This document shows positions 24,627 to 37,414 of a stretch of 58,090 bases of DNA, in pieces. The notes beneath the pieces were generated by a model. It was not told where the DNA came from. It saw nothing but the letters and a program-made list of their open reading frames with translations, and ran no database searches. The stretch comes from Tubiluchus corallicola (Eukaryota > Animalia > Priapulida): positions 1-58,090 of the forward strand of contig JAQGDQ010001163.1 of assembly GCA_030141605.1 (NCBI GenBank). The letters run 5' to 3'. The stretch's first letter is position 1, and the number at the start of each line of letters is the position of its first letter. The position numbers and the translations under genes are program-made.

Positions 24627-25468
24627 AGCGGGTGGCTACGATTGATATGAAATCAATCATCCGGAACATCAATGATCGAAAAGAGGATGCCTCTTGGGGT
24701 CCGAATGCAACATTTCGGTTTCCTTTGGGGGAACTGGAGCAATATGGCAGCAAGTTTACAATTCTCTTCCTGATGACAACCGTCGGTTAAACGAGGAAGT
24801 TCATGTGATTAATTTTGAAAACGAACGTATAACAATGAAATCAGGTGAAGAAATGCCCTACGATTATATAATCAACACAATGCCACTGGACTTATTAACA
24901 GATAAACTTCTAGGAGACAGTCAATACCTACCAGTTCTGAAAGAGCAAAAGGACATTCCATGGCATTCGTCAACCCACATTGTGGGGCTAGGTCTAGAGG
25001 GGAAGGTACCAAACCACCTGTCCAATAAGTGCTGGCTTTATTTTCCTGAAGATAACTGTGAGTTTTACAGGGTGACAATTTTGTCCAACTATTCTCCATA
25101 TACGGTGCCAAAACCAGGGGAACAGTGGTCTTTATTGTTTGAAATATGTGAAACAGAAGTCAAGCCTGTTCGTTCTGACATTGTACAAGTGGCAATAGAT
25201 GGAGCCATAAATGTAGGACTAATATCCCCAAATGACAATATTATCAGCAAGTGGCACAAACGACTGGAGTACGGCTATCCAACACCATTTCTTACACGCA
25301 CAAAGTTTTTGGACACCGTCCAGCCAATTCTGAAAAAAATGGGAATCTACTCTCGGGGGCGTTTTCGTGGCTGGATATACGAAGTGGGGAACCAAGACCA
25401 TAGCATCATGTAAAGGAGTGGAAGCGGTCAATACTATCGTCTTGAGACTGGAGGAGGAAACATATTTT
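24627..25468 (+). pseudogene. glf: Inverted, 5'-truncated copy of the UGM gene
   Basis: Near-identical to codons ~172-452 of the 15384..16805 gene. Lacks the N-terminal FAD-binding part, has a 4-bp deletion near 24723, RGRFGGWK changed to RGRFRGWI, and a premature TAA at 25411-25413. Confidence 0.95.
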
Positions 25469-26473
25469 ACCTTATTTCTGTCTCTGGATTGGTTAACTAA
25501 TTTTTCACTCCTTTATATAGAGTACAAACCCAACATCAGCAGGGCAGCGCTAGTTCAATTTTTTCAATGGGGGAGGTGTAAGTGCAGCTCTATGGCATTT
25601 CCCGCGAGATGCAAAAAGTTAATTACTCATTAATTAGACAACGTACTGCAAAGTTGTTCACGGGGAAGGTAACTATAAAATAATTTTAACTTGATTTTCA
25701 TGATATTTCCACTTGGATTTGAAAACTCTTTGTGTTGACCGTTTTTGAAGGAATGTTAAATATTTGTGAAATCTCTCAAGTTTTTCGAACTGTCCTGGGA
25801 AGATGAATTTATATTTACACAGTCAGCTGTTTCTTCTTTCACGAAATCTGCACCATAAAATTAATTGTACAAGTAATGTTTGTAAAGAGAACATAATTAT
25901 ATGATGTTAAAATAAAGATGTCAAAAAATGATATTGTTGTGTGACAGGAATTTACCACATCACAGGCATGTAATTAGACAGGGCGAGTCTTCTTATCAAC
26001 TGTTGGCCCGTCGCTGCCAATAGCCCACCACCTCAAATTCAGGTAAACTGTGCTCTGATCGCATTGGTGTTAGTAGAGAATGTTTCAATACAACAGGAAA
26101 AACAGCACCACAGTCAAAGCATTATAAAGCCTAATAAACAAACACTAGGCCTAGTCATTGGCATTTCCACAGTAGTCTATATAAGAAAAAGTAACCAGAA
26201 AAGAGAGTGAAAGTGGCATAGCTGCAAAACAAAGGCTCCCTTAGACAACAGCAACAGCAACAACCACAAAAACTGCATCAAAGAAAATTTGCTCACACAT
26301 CCATAATGACAACCCTCTGTCGCATCAACACTGCACCCTGCAACTCACACCACACCCTCCAGGAACATCACACGAACCGCACCACAACACTCACACAATA
26401 CCATTCCACATCACCATATACATGAGCTACATCTAATCTATAGCCAGAGGGCATATAAGAAGAGTTCAGCACT

Positions 26474-26530
26474 GATTATTATTATTATTATTATTATTAT
26501 TATTTATTATTATAATTATTATTTATAACT
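26474..26530 (+). repeat. (ATT)n microsatellite
   Basis: Direct inspection. Confidence 0.9.
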
Positions 26531-26831
26531 CTTTATTTATGTATAAAAATAATACATAATGATTACATATATACATGCCTCCATTTGCAGGCAATATTTT
26601 GATTATATTCTATTTTTCAATTTTTTCCTGTGGGTAAGTAAAGCGGGAATAACAATAAATTATCGGGTTTTTGCGCCCTTGGTTCTGTCTGAGATCATAT
26701 TCAGCATCTATTACTCCTCTGGTTGTTATTGTGAGTTCATCCTCAACATTTTTTCTGCGGGGTTCGGCTAGTACAGAATTATTGCTAAGAGGAAAAGTAA
26801 GAGGGCAAATTTTTAACAAAATATTTAAAAG

Positions 26832-28063
26832 TAAGAACGCATCCTGGTCTGTCAATAGAGTAAAATGCTGACTGGGCAAAATGATAAAACGCATCGTGGT
26901 CTATCAGTAGAGTAAAACCTCTGGAGGTACAAAATGATTAAACATATCCTGGTCTGTCAATGGAGTAAAATGCTGACTGTGCTAAATGGTAGAACGTATC
27001 CTGGTCTGTCAAATACGTAAAACCGCTGACGGTGCAAAATGGTAAATCGCATCCTGGTCTATCTACGTGAAAATGCTGATAGTGCAATTTTAGCCTGTTT
27101 GTTGAGTAAAACGCTAAGAGAGCAAAATAATATACAAGTGCGGCGGTCTAATAGCATAATGGAAATTCTACAAAAAACTTGCAAATTTTAATGAAGGCTG
27201 GAAAAATGCTCTTGTTTTTTAAGTTTTTGTGGGAGAGACATCGGCCTGGCTCTAAATTTATTGTTGATTAGAATTCAAACAAATGTGTGGAAATACGTAT
27301 AGTCTAATTTGTTATTTTTATACATGCATAACACTTACTTTTACGAGTTGTTGATTAAAATGTTTTGCTGTTATTGATATATGTAATATAGATTAATTTG
27401 TGACTTTGTAAGAAAACGCCGCACCCATTTGATTAAAAGAAGTGGCCACCCAACATATAATTTGTTGAAACTTAAATGATTTGGCGCATTTACATTATTA
27501 CTTTGTATGGCAGCACTAATATTAAATAGAACTCAGATGGAGAGCTAACCATATATACTTAATCACTTTGTCACATAGTTAATGCCATAAGCACAATACA
27601 ATAATGTTAGATATATGACGCGCAAATCAGCACAAGACTATTAAAAACTGTTAAAAAGGAAAAAATAGCCTAACCAATAAGGCGGTTCATATGACGTTTG
27701 CTTATAGTAATAGCAAGTGTCAAATGGTCACTTGTACACTGGTGATGATGAAATTTGTAACTTTAGAATGAAGCCCCTACAAATGATTCAAGATTAGCCT
27801 AACCTAAAAACACAGACTGAACGACTCTAGGTGGATTTGCAAAGGTTGTAGGAACTAGAGTAAACTAATATTTGCAATACTGTAAATAAAACGTCTAGCA
27901 GCAGAGTTGAAAGGCATGCATGCAATGTGAATTCAGCAATTTTCACCGAAAATATAAAGCAGATTAAATGCTACCTTTTCAGAGAATAAATTAAAATAAG
28001 GTTTTGTAAAGAAAGTGTATCACGAAATTAAAAAAAGGTTGAACTTGTTTTATACTACACAGA
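26832..28063 (+). mobile_element. Dispersed non-autonomous repeat (52-53 bp array plus unique tail), copy 2, split by a ~712-bp insertion
   Basis: Array at 26832..27130. The tail matches 47880..48152 in two pieces (up to 27198 and from 27911), with AAGGC on both sides of the insert 27199..27910. Confidence 0.7.
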
Positions 28064-28650
28064 AAGTCTGACAGCAAGTGCTCACGCCCACAAACTGGCA
28101 GTTGTCTATCACAGCCAGAGCCGTGACCGTGACGGCTATGATCAGCAGCAGTTTTGCTCCGCCTGCTTAAGTTCTGCGCTCTAGAAGTTTGAGGAAAATT
28201 TTTGTGCGCAAAACTTATTACAGTAAAAACCTCAATTTTTGCGCATTCTAGAATCTTGATTTTTCCACGCACGTCTCAGAACTGTCCTACCGTTTTTCGT
28301 GCCAGAGCTTTCACTGAGACAACGACTTTGTAATAAGCTGAGACAACGACTTTGTAATAAGATTAATGGTGATAGCAGAATTGGGACACGCGAAAATAAG
28401 AAAGTGCACTTTTCTAGATATGATATGCCAATTTTTTATTATTATATGAAATGTTGACAAATGGTGTGCATTATTATAGTGGAATTCCATTATTATGTTC
28501 ACATTGGTAACTTCAGATGTAAATAGCTCCTTCCCACGAAAATTAATGGCTGGGTTTGTTATTTGTGGAATAAAGTGAACCTTCCTATTGCACCACGAGG
28601 AACTTTAATTAATTAATCATCAATTACCGTTTATATGAAAACAATAATAT

Positions 28651-29016
28651 TGTTACGGAGGCACCTGTTGTCGAGTCAGGTATCGGGCCCCTCTACACCC
28701 CCTGTTTCCACGTCAGCAGTGACACACCCCTTCCTTGTAGGTCCAGACTTCTGTTTGGGCCTACACGTGGTGTGAGAAGCCAGCTGACCTGGAATGCGAG
28801 TATAAAAGCGTGTAGAGGTCACTACAGCCTTGATTTCTAACAGGTGCTCCTCGGGTGTAGTGATGTTACTTAGTTATTTCTCTTGTGTGTATTTTGTTCA
28901 CATATTGTTACAAGTGTTGTTATATTGTTGCAGCTATTGTTATAAGTACGAGTTAAACTCCGTACAGTGTAATTTTTGTGTTTTATTTTGTGTGAATTAA
29001 ATGACATACTATAACA
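28651..29016 (+). mobile_element. Possible solo LTR
   Basis: TGTTA...TAACA termini, TATAAAA at 28801 and ATTAAA near the 3' end; no clear target-site duplication. Confidence 0.4.
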
Positions 29017-31103
29017 CGTATATATGCCATTAGTTCACAGACATTAGCTTAATTAACTAGCATAACATTTATAACTAGGAGAAACGTTTGTAGTTAAGTA
29101 ATCAATTATACAACTATAAAAATGGATCTTCATGATGTGCAATATCACGACCACCATGCTATTTTGGAGTTCGTCCCCCCCGTGACCTATAGTGTTACGT
29201 TGGCGAAATACTATTTATTTTCGACCCCCCACTTCAACATTGTGATGGTCTCGCCCATACGTTGAATGCCAGGTATAAAACCGTCGCCTCATTGATTCAG
29301 CAGGTAAACGAACGGCACCTGTTCCACAAACACAACCAACATGAAGTACACACAGGACCTATTTCAGCCTAAGCGAGGCCCGGGGAAGTGGGGCGTGTGA
29401 GGCCCCATCGGGGGGGGCGCCCAGCAAATTTTTGAACTGTTAGAACGCCGGAGAAAATATGGAGTTATACAGTTGTTAAAGCAAAGAACAATTGAAAGAA
29501 AAACTGCTTTATTTTCAAGACCAGTCCTTAATACTTGTCAAATAGGCAAATCAAAAACAACATCTTTGCAATATGTAATACCGTACTCTCACTTTCGTAC
29601 AAGCCTGCGTTAGAAATTCCGAAATTGAAAACAGCTGAATATCGGCACCGAGCTGATCATACCATTAATCATGCAACTAATTCTCTTCCACTCAATGCAA
29701 ATTAAACTAAATGTTAATAATTGTATTTCAGAACAAAGAAATTTTTGGAGAACACGTTAAACTGGTGTTTGTATCCATTTCAATTATAATTATACCTTAC
29801 AGGAAGACAGGATGATTTTCCATTTACTAACCCATTTTCAAGTCCGACAAAATACATGCATTTTAACATGATACTGCAAACGCGTTTCTGATTATTAAAA
29901 TTTAATAGTAGATTAAAAATGTTATTAACGGCGGGCTAGCCCAACTATTGAAAACATCACAAACTAACATAATTTTTAACAGCAAAAATGTTCCACGAGC
30001 GTGTTGCACGTGTTTGTGAAAGCGAAAATTGAAGTACAGTGCTACTGTAAGATATTCAGTGTGTTGTACTATAGCTAAGCAAGTTTTAAGATGAAAATTC
30101 TAATTTCAAATTTACCGCTGTGCTCACGCATGAGCTGTCGAATGCGCGTAGTTTTCATAAACTAACACATCTGAACTGAGAAGTACAGCACCTGTTTTAT
30201 GTGCAACGCGTTTCCTAAATGCAGGCGCTAGTGCCCGTCTAACTAACAAATGGCGAAATGCATGTAACAGCGAGGAACTAATGGCGCGAACCTTGAAATT
30301 GTTTTTGGGTGGTAGTAATTCTTTCACGTAAGGCATTTTTGAAAAAATAGTATGTTTCCTTTCAATATTTTAAAGAGTAGATTGTTTTGACCTACAGGTA
30401 TAAGATTTTCCTTTAAATTTTTAACGAAATTTTCCGCATTTATACTCGTGATGTTTACACCGTCACAGTCTGGTTTTGTTCTGTGATGTGTGCTGGAAAT
30501 TCTGCTGTATTTACGCAAAAATAATGAACAGAAAGATTTGATGTCAGCGTAAACAACAACAACAACATTAATTTATTAATATACTGAGCTAAGTTCTTAA
30601 CAACAAAAAACATTTGTTTACTATCTATGTTTTAATAAATAAACAAAAGTATAGAATCCGCCACCTAAACTCAAGTCATCTCATCGCCACTTCAATTTAA
30701 AAAGAATTTCTGGAGTTTCGATTTGTGATAAAAACTTTACAGATTGCAAAACTTGAAATAAAAAAATAGGAAAACACGACGAATTGGATTAGCTTGTAGG
30801 GTATGGCAGAGGGTAAGTTTGTTCATTGTTATAGCAATCTGATATGCATGAGAGTAAGAGGGATGTACGTGAGTGCGTGATGCGTGTGTGGCTAGTCAAT
30901 TGTGAGAGTCACTTAGTTTAGTTGACAGGCGAGGTCTGTTACAGCTAAACCTAGAATGTACCCTATGGCATTTTGGATTTTAAAAAGCTGCACGAGTAGC
31001 TGCTGATAAAAAACAAGGCAACTGTACACGAGACAATTGTTCATCTCCACTGCAAGCAGCATTTGATTTGAAGTTGTTTCACAAACAAAGCTTAAACACA
31101 TAC

Positions 31104-31366
31104 CCAGTTTGAAGCATAATACTGTGAGAAGATACCAGGTGTGTCTTGAAAACTTGAAATTTGATCTTTGTTGCTGGCTTAATCTTGTTGTTGGCTTGGC
31201 ATGTCCAGTTTGAAGCATAATACTGTGAGGAGATACTAGGTGAGTCTTGAAGTGTTGAAATTTGATCTTGTTGTTGGCTTGGCATGTCAAGTTTCAAGCA
31301 TAATATTGTGAGGTAGGTGAGTCTTGAAATCTTGAAATTTGGTCTTGTTGTTAGCTTGACATTCCA
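31104..31366. repeat. ~82-100 bp tandem repeat, 3 diverged copies
   Basis: AGTTT(G/C)AAGCATAATA(C/T)TGTGAG...TTGAAATTTG(A/G)TCTT recurs at ~31105, 31205 and 31287. Confidence 0.85.
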
Positions 31367-31624
31367 GAGAGACAGGACTTATTTGAGTTTTGTCAGGTCA
31401 ATCTATGCTGGATCTCATAAAGGCATTATTTGCCATCCTCTTTTAGGGTAAGTTTTGTGTAATTGTAGCGCACGTTAGATTGTTTTACAACAAGCTGCAA
31501 CAAGTTTACCAACAAGTGTGACGCCAATGTAAGGAACGAATTATTGAATCACTAAAATGTAGCAGCTTGGCATTAATTATTATTAATAATTATTAAAAAC
31601 TGTTTTACTTAATTAGTCTTTTTA

Positions 31625-32413
31625 TTACCCAAAACGATCCATGGATTCATTATAAACTTTTAGACCAAAAAAATCTTTAAATGTGTACAGCAAAGTTGAC
31701 AACACTTCTTTCATGTCTGGCCTCCTCTCTGCATCCAACCGACACTTCTCTTTTAGCAATTTCAGTCTCTTTTGTATCAAACCTGTGCACTTCAGACTCC
31801 CAAGGAAATGATTCAAAACTGAAGGAACTTTCCAAATATCTTGCTGTATCTGATGGCGAGATACGGTATCAATACAATCGATATCTTCTTTATACCTGCA
31901 ATGCAAATTCTTGTATTCGTTGAACTCTGGGGCCAAAAAACCCCTAAATTTGTGTAGTGCTCTTCTGTTTTGAAGCCATCCAGGATACGGATCCAGCCCG
32001 AGCTTGTGTAAGTTGTCAAGGTCGGCCAAGATGATTCTAAGGTCATCGGTGATCAAGTATTGTGAAGCCAATTTCTGCATCGAATGTGTGTCAGGTACAT
32101 AATAACCAAAGCTGTGCAGGTACATCTGCGTCATAACATAGTCAATACACATGCGCAGACGTATCTTTGCTTCTTCTTTTTCTTCTAGTCCGAGTTTATT
32201 AAACACAGACTTGACGTTCCTTGAGTCTGAGAATGGAAAGTATGGCAAGACTAGATTTCTCGTTTCGTTGCAGAAACCTACCAGCTGTATAAGACGTGTG
32301 TTTGGTGGGAATAGTTTGTAACTGCGCAAGCTGTGAGCCCATTTGTAGTGCTTGCGTTTACTCCTTATGGTTGTAACCAGAAGAGTATAGTTGTTCCACT
32401 TCGCTTTGTAAAA
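31625..32413 (-). CDS. Protein O-mannose kinase (POMK/SGK196)-like atypical kinase, last coding exon
   Basis: Acceptor TTGTTTTATTGCAG|TTTTAC. LIQLVGFC, IDYV..YLHS, VPDTH (POMK MCDSN), LASQYLITDDL, ADLDNL (POMK NDLDAL), GFLAPE and DIWKVP..NHFLG match the POMK motif series. Confidence 0.88.
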   Translation of the reverse strand, partial: FYKAKWNNYTLLVTTIRSKRKHYKWAHSLRSYKLFPPNTRLIQLVGFCNETRNLVLPYFPFSDSRNVKSVFNKLGLEEKEEAKIRLRMCIDYVMTQMYLHSFGYYVPDTHSMQKLASQYLITDDLRIILADLDNLHKLGLDPYPGWLQNRRALHKFRGFLAPEFNEYKNLHCRYKEDIDCIDTVSRHQIQQDIWKVPSVLNHFLGSLKCTGLIQKRLKLLKEKCRLDAERRPDMKEVLSTLLYTFKDFFGLKVYNESMDRFG

Positions 32414-33568
32414 CTGCAATAAAACAAGTGGAAATAAATGTGCAATATTTGATGCAAGAACAGAACATTTTCAACCTTAAAAAGTACCAACAAATCAATT
32501 TGAATGGTATCTTTCTTAGTGCCGACAAATAATTTTGGCACCACGTGCAGGAAGTACCTAAACAAAGCCTTGCCTGACTACACTTTAAAAAAATTATTTA
32601 TTTAAGTAAATAAATAAATAAATAAATAAAATTAATCAAAACTATTAGCAAATTTTAAAAGTTTTTATGATGTCGCTTCGTAATTGCAAAAGATTAAATC
32701 AAATTCTAACTAAACATTTATTAATCAGACATGAATAGGTCGATTAATTGGTTGCTAAATTGCAATCAATATAGAAATAATCAATATGGCTTTCCTGCTT
32801 ATGTCCAGGGAAGCGACTCTGCCTACAATTCAGTTCAGATATAACAACAGCCAGCAAGACTTTCGTCACCCTTAGCTAAGCAGCCTTGAGGTCACAGTGT
32901 ATGTGCTCTAACGACCAAAGTTAAGCAAAACTGAACCTGGTTGGCAAATAAATGAGTAAATATCAGGAAAACTGCTTCTAGGCAACCTCATCTGCTACTG
33001 CCTCCCAGTGTTATTCCATACACGGCATCAGTGTTATATATCGAATGTGCATATATATATATTATATTATATTCTATATTATATATATATATAAACAGCA
33101 GCCTAGTTTCTATTGCATTATTGTGCTGCATCATGTTGAAATGTTTAGTATATAGTTAGGTGATTCTCTTATAGCATTGTCACGATGACATCTTCAAGAT
33201 GGATGCCGGTCTAAATAAATTACACCATAATAGACTAACTGTTTAGTTTCAAAGTGTTCATTAGAAGTTCATTTATAACAATTTGGCACTCCTTTGTCAT
33301 GGAGGTAGCACTCAAAATGGTCTCACTTGTTGTAAGTGCTTGTGGTAAAAACAGAATTTAACTCCGCTCGAGGTCAATTCTTTAAAACTAAGACACCAAA
33401 TTGGCAGTGATGTCCTGATGCAAATACGGTCTCCGTCAATGTGGTGACACCGAGCAGACACCGATCTTTTGAATTTCCTCAAAATGGATAACGATCATTG
33501 ATTATTGTTCAGCATTATCAAGTAATTACGCAATGGGAAACCTTGACAGTATGTGTTGAAATGCCCAT

Positions 33569-34635
33569 TGTAGTGGTTTGTGGTATTAAAGCTATTATAT
33601 TATAATTGATCTAGGGTTATTTAGTATCAAAGTCTCAAATCCAAATTTACTTACATGTCAGGGTAATTATTTCTACTAATTTCATCACCAAGCGTTTGGG
33701 TTCATGTTGGGGCAATTCTCCTATAGGACTCGATTATTTGACTAAATATAATCATTGAGTTGTTAATCGTAAAAGTGTTTTCACAAACTTTTAAATAGAA
33801 CTATTAAACACCTGGATGTTGTGCGAATCATACAGTATATTATTGAACAAGAACAAAGCAAAGAACAATTGTACATACAGGAGAAAATAATACCTACTGG
33901 GCCCAGATTTAACAAGTAGCAAGGAGTATACTCATGTTTATACGTAGTTCCCGATGGCCGGCTCTTCCAGGATGCACCAAGGACGGTTCACAGTCCCAAA
34001 TCCACGATCCTGTACTGGAATAAGGAGGATGCTCCGCCATGTAGCCGATCCATGAGTTCTGACACGCCACAAGTAGTTTAATCTGGAATCGTAGTCGCAT
34101 CTCTGCGTCTCCTCTACCGCCGAATAGCGTAACCAGGAGGCTGTGGACTCCACCACTATGTAAACACTCCACCAATGCTCCGAAAGTTTCAGAATTCCTC
34201 ACAGGGTGAGTTGTCCAAGAACTCCTCTAAGTGAAGAAGTATGACGAGGCAATTACCTCACTCCTGAGTCGTGCTAGTGCTACGTAAAGGTTGTCGATAC
34301 GTCATTGTGCATTTAACTGTTGTCTCTCACAGAACAACTAAATTTTGCCATTAAGGCCAAAATAAAACTCATAGACAAAACATGTCTCAAAACATATGAC
34401 GAACAGAAGAAAAGTACCAACTATGTCGACCAGGTAAAAACGACCTGGATAGACATCCGTTCAACACAAAACTTGGTACCTGAATGAAGTGGGTAAAAAC
34501 ATTAGCCTAGATAGAATGACCTTGTATATAATGCATAGTGTCCAATGGCTTCTATACTGTTCAAAATCTTATAGTGATGAATGGCCCTGTATATCGGCCA
34601 GTTAGCTAGCGGTCATGCATCACATGGCCGTGACA
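33569..34635 (-). repeat. 3' LTR (1067 bp)
   Basis: Direct repeat of 40610..41675, about 7 differences by eye. Confidence 0.97.
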
Positions 34636-34888
34636 CGGCTCCCCCAAAAGGAAATTTGTCACAAATTTCAAAAACTGGCAGATTATTTACCATTCAGATT
34701 CATATCATCCATTAGCAAATCAACAAAGTGGAAAAATTACATGTCAACAACATTCCAAAAGGTATTCACAGAAACAAAGATGCTGCTCCTTTAAAAAAAA
34801 TAGAAAAACACTGATTACTGGCAAAACAAATGTGCTCTTCAGTTTGCTTTGCAATAGTAAACTAGCATATTGGCTTACTTTTTGCCTA

Positions 34889-36028
34889 TTATAACCGGCT
34901 AAGGCAATCAGCCACCTTGTTATCTACACCGGCGATGTGTTCAACTGAAAAAGAAAATTCACTTAGAATTAGCGCCCAATGACAGAGATGTCTATTATTT
35001 TTGCGCATCTTGTTCAATGCCAAAAGACTACGCTGGTCTGTTCTCACAACAAACTTTCTTCCTTCAAGATAATAGCGCAATTTGTCCACCGCGTACACCA
35101 CACTCAACAGCTCACACTCTACAATAGAATAACGAGATTCTGTGGGTGTCAATTTTCTACTTATGTATGTTATGGGGACTTCCCCTAGCCCATCTTCTTG
35201 ATCCTGAGATAAAACTGCCCCAATACCAATGAAACTGGCATCAGTGGTGAGTATAAATGTTTTAGTGAAGTCTGGTGAGTGCAAGACTGAATTTGATGTT
35301 AGTGCTTGCTGTAGATGGAGAAAACTTTTCCCACAACTATTTGTACAATCTATTAGAACAGGGGCTGATTTTTCAGTTAATGCATGAAGAGGGGCGGCGA
35401 TGGTACCAAAGTTCGGAATGAATCGCCTATAAAATCCGACCATTCCTAAGAATCGGCGTACCTGACTCTTCGTCACAGGTCTTGGGAAATCGTGGATCTG
35501 TTGCACCTTCTTTGATTGTGGTTTCAGGCGGTTCTTGCCTACAATGTAGCCGAGGAATTGCGTTTCTTGCTGAGCAAAATGGCATTTTGAGGGTTTTATT
35601 GTTAAACCGGCTCTGCGGATACAACTCAATGTAGCCTTTACATGGACTAAATGCTGGTTCCAGTTTGATGACTTGATCAAAACATCATCGATGTATCCTT
35701 TCGAGCAAGAGGATACTGTCTCTAACACTCTGTCAATTAAAGACTGGGCTGTTGTAGCGGCATTCTGGAGACCAAACGGCATGACCAAGAATTCAAACTT
35801 ACCAAATGCTGTCACGAAGGCAGTTAGTGTAATTGATTCTGGAGACATCTCGACCTGCCAATATGCTTTTGCCAAATCTAAAGTAGTAATCCAGACTGCA
35901 TTGTGCAAGTCGTCGATCATGTCATCGGGCCTTGGCATTTGGTAAGGGGAGAATGAAGTACGACTGTTGAGCTTTCGGAAGTCTACACAAAATCTCCACT
36001 GCTGGTCTGGTTTAGGGACTAGAAGCAT
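34889..36028 (-). CDS. pol: Reverse transcriptase and RNase H (frameshifted segment)
   Basis: RFCVDFRKLN, LDLAKAYWQ, MPFGL.NA, YIDD, TDAS..GIGAVL, E.ELL, RTDQ and N.VAD.LSR. Confidence 0.95.
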   Translation of the reverse strand: MLLVPKPDQQWRFCVDFRKLNSRTSFSPYQMPRPDDMIDDLHNAVWITTLDLAKAYWQVEMSPESITLTAFVTAFGKFEFLVMPFGLQNAATTAQSLIDRVLETVSSCSKGYIDDVLIKSSNWNQHLVHVKATLSCIRRAGLTIKPSKCHFAQQETQFLGYIVGKNRLKPQSKKVQQIHDFPRPVTKSQVRRFLGMVGFYRRFIPNFGTIAAPLHALTEKSAPVLIDCTNSCGKSFLHLQQALTSNSVLHSPDFTKTFILTTDASFIGIGAVLSQDQEDGLGEVPITYISRKLTPTESRYSIVECELLSVVYAVDKLRYYLEGRKFVVRTDQRSLLALNKMRKNNRHLCHWALILSEFSFSVEHIAGVDNKVADCLSRL

Positions 36029-37414
36029 AGGAGAGGCATACTCTGACTCAGAACGCCCAAGTTCAACATGTCCTGCAGCTCATTCCGTACGATTTCTTTC
36101 CTAGCCTGTGGTAGGCGGTATGGTGCTTGGTGAACAGGCGTAGCATCGACGAGATTGATGTGATGTTGTACTAAAGACGTCCTGCCAGGTAAGTCTGTAA
36201 ACATCTCTTTGAAATTATGGCATACATCACGTAGCTCAGAACAAGCTTGCTCTGTCAGATAAACAGGAAACTCGATATCATTAACGGTCTGTTTTGCACT
36301 GGCAGTTGGTGGAAATGCATAATCCGGGAATCCACAACTGTCAACAAATCCTGAACCGATAGCTGGCTCGTTCAAAGATTCATTCTTGCTAGATTCCAAG
36401 TGCTCTTCTTTGTGTTCATTTTTTGTATTGCTCTGAACATCATCTTCGGAGCACATTGCCCATAAGACAAGCTCTTCCTCACGCTCAACATAAGCTTTGA
36501 GTTTGTTTATATGGAAAATGCGGATGTCACGTCTTCTGCCACGATTTCCTAAATCAATCTTATAATTCCAGTCAGAGATCTTATCCACGACAGTGTATGG
36601 ACCTTTCCAAACTGAGGACATTTTATCACCCTTTGGCAACCGCAAAACAAGCACACGGTCTCCTATTTCAAAACCTCGCTCTTTAGAAATTCTATCATAC
36701 CATTGTTTTTGTGAAATTTTGGCCTCTCGTAAAGACTGATGAGCATCCTCAGTTGCCTGTTCAATGGTATTCACAATACGCGTGACATAGTCATCGACCT
36801 CTTCAAGGTTGGGTGGACGTGTGCAACCCCAACGTTCTTTAAGGATTGCTAGAGGGCCACATATGGGGTACCCAAAGACAAGTTCATTTGGAGAATACTT
36901 CGTTGACTCTTGGGGTACCTCCCGATAAGCATATAGGACAAAGTCCAGTGATTCGTCCCAGGGAAGGTGGGGATGATCAATTAGTAGTCGGCGGATTGAC
37001 GTCTTAAGGGTATCATTATATTTCTCTACCAAACCCTTGGTAGATGGAGAGAACGCTGAAGAATAGATTCCCTTCACCCCAAGTGCTTGCTCTAAATCAC
37101 GAGTGATCTGTGCACGGAACTGAGTTCCACGGTCTGAGAGGATCTCCTTGGGAATTCCGTAACGACAACAAAATTTGAGCAGAGTCTTTATAATTGTTTC
37201 AGCCTCTATATCCGGGATGGCATATGCGTCGGGATACCTTGTGGCATGGTCTACAATTACCAATGCATATTTATTACCAGAAGGTAGACCAATCAAGTCA
37301 ATTCCAATAGTACGAAAAGCTGTGTCAGCGATGTGCAAAGGCTTTAATTTGGCTCTATCAGTCTTACGGACACGAGCGGTCCGTTGGCAAGTAGGGCAAG
37401 ATCGGCAGTATTGT
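36019..37414 (-). CDS. pol: Integrase core with GPY/F motif, linker and RT N-terminus (frameshifted segment)
   Basis: IGIDLIG, VDHATRYPDA, SDRGTQF, GLVEKYN and WKGPY, then PGRTSLVQHHI...PYRLP. Confidence 0.92.

Noticed and set aside
32905-32965. 5S rRNA-like segment (AAGTTAAGCA...CCTGGTTGG)
   Set aside because: Too short and diverged for a 5S gene; at best a decayed 5S-derived SINE.
33909-34202. Duplicated 97-aa and 72-aa ORFs (also 40950..41243)
   Set aside because: They lie inside the LTRs, have no recognisable motif, and their duplication is explained by the LTR.
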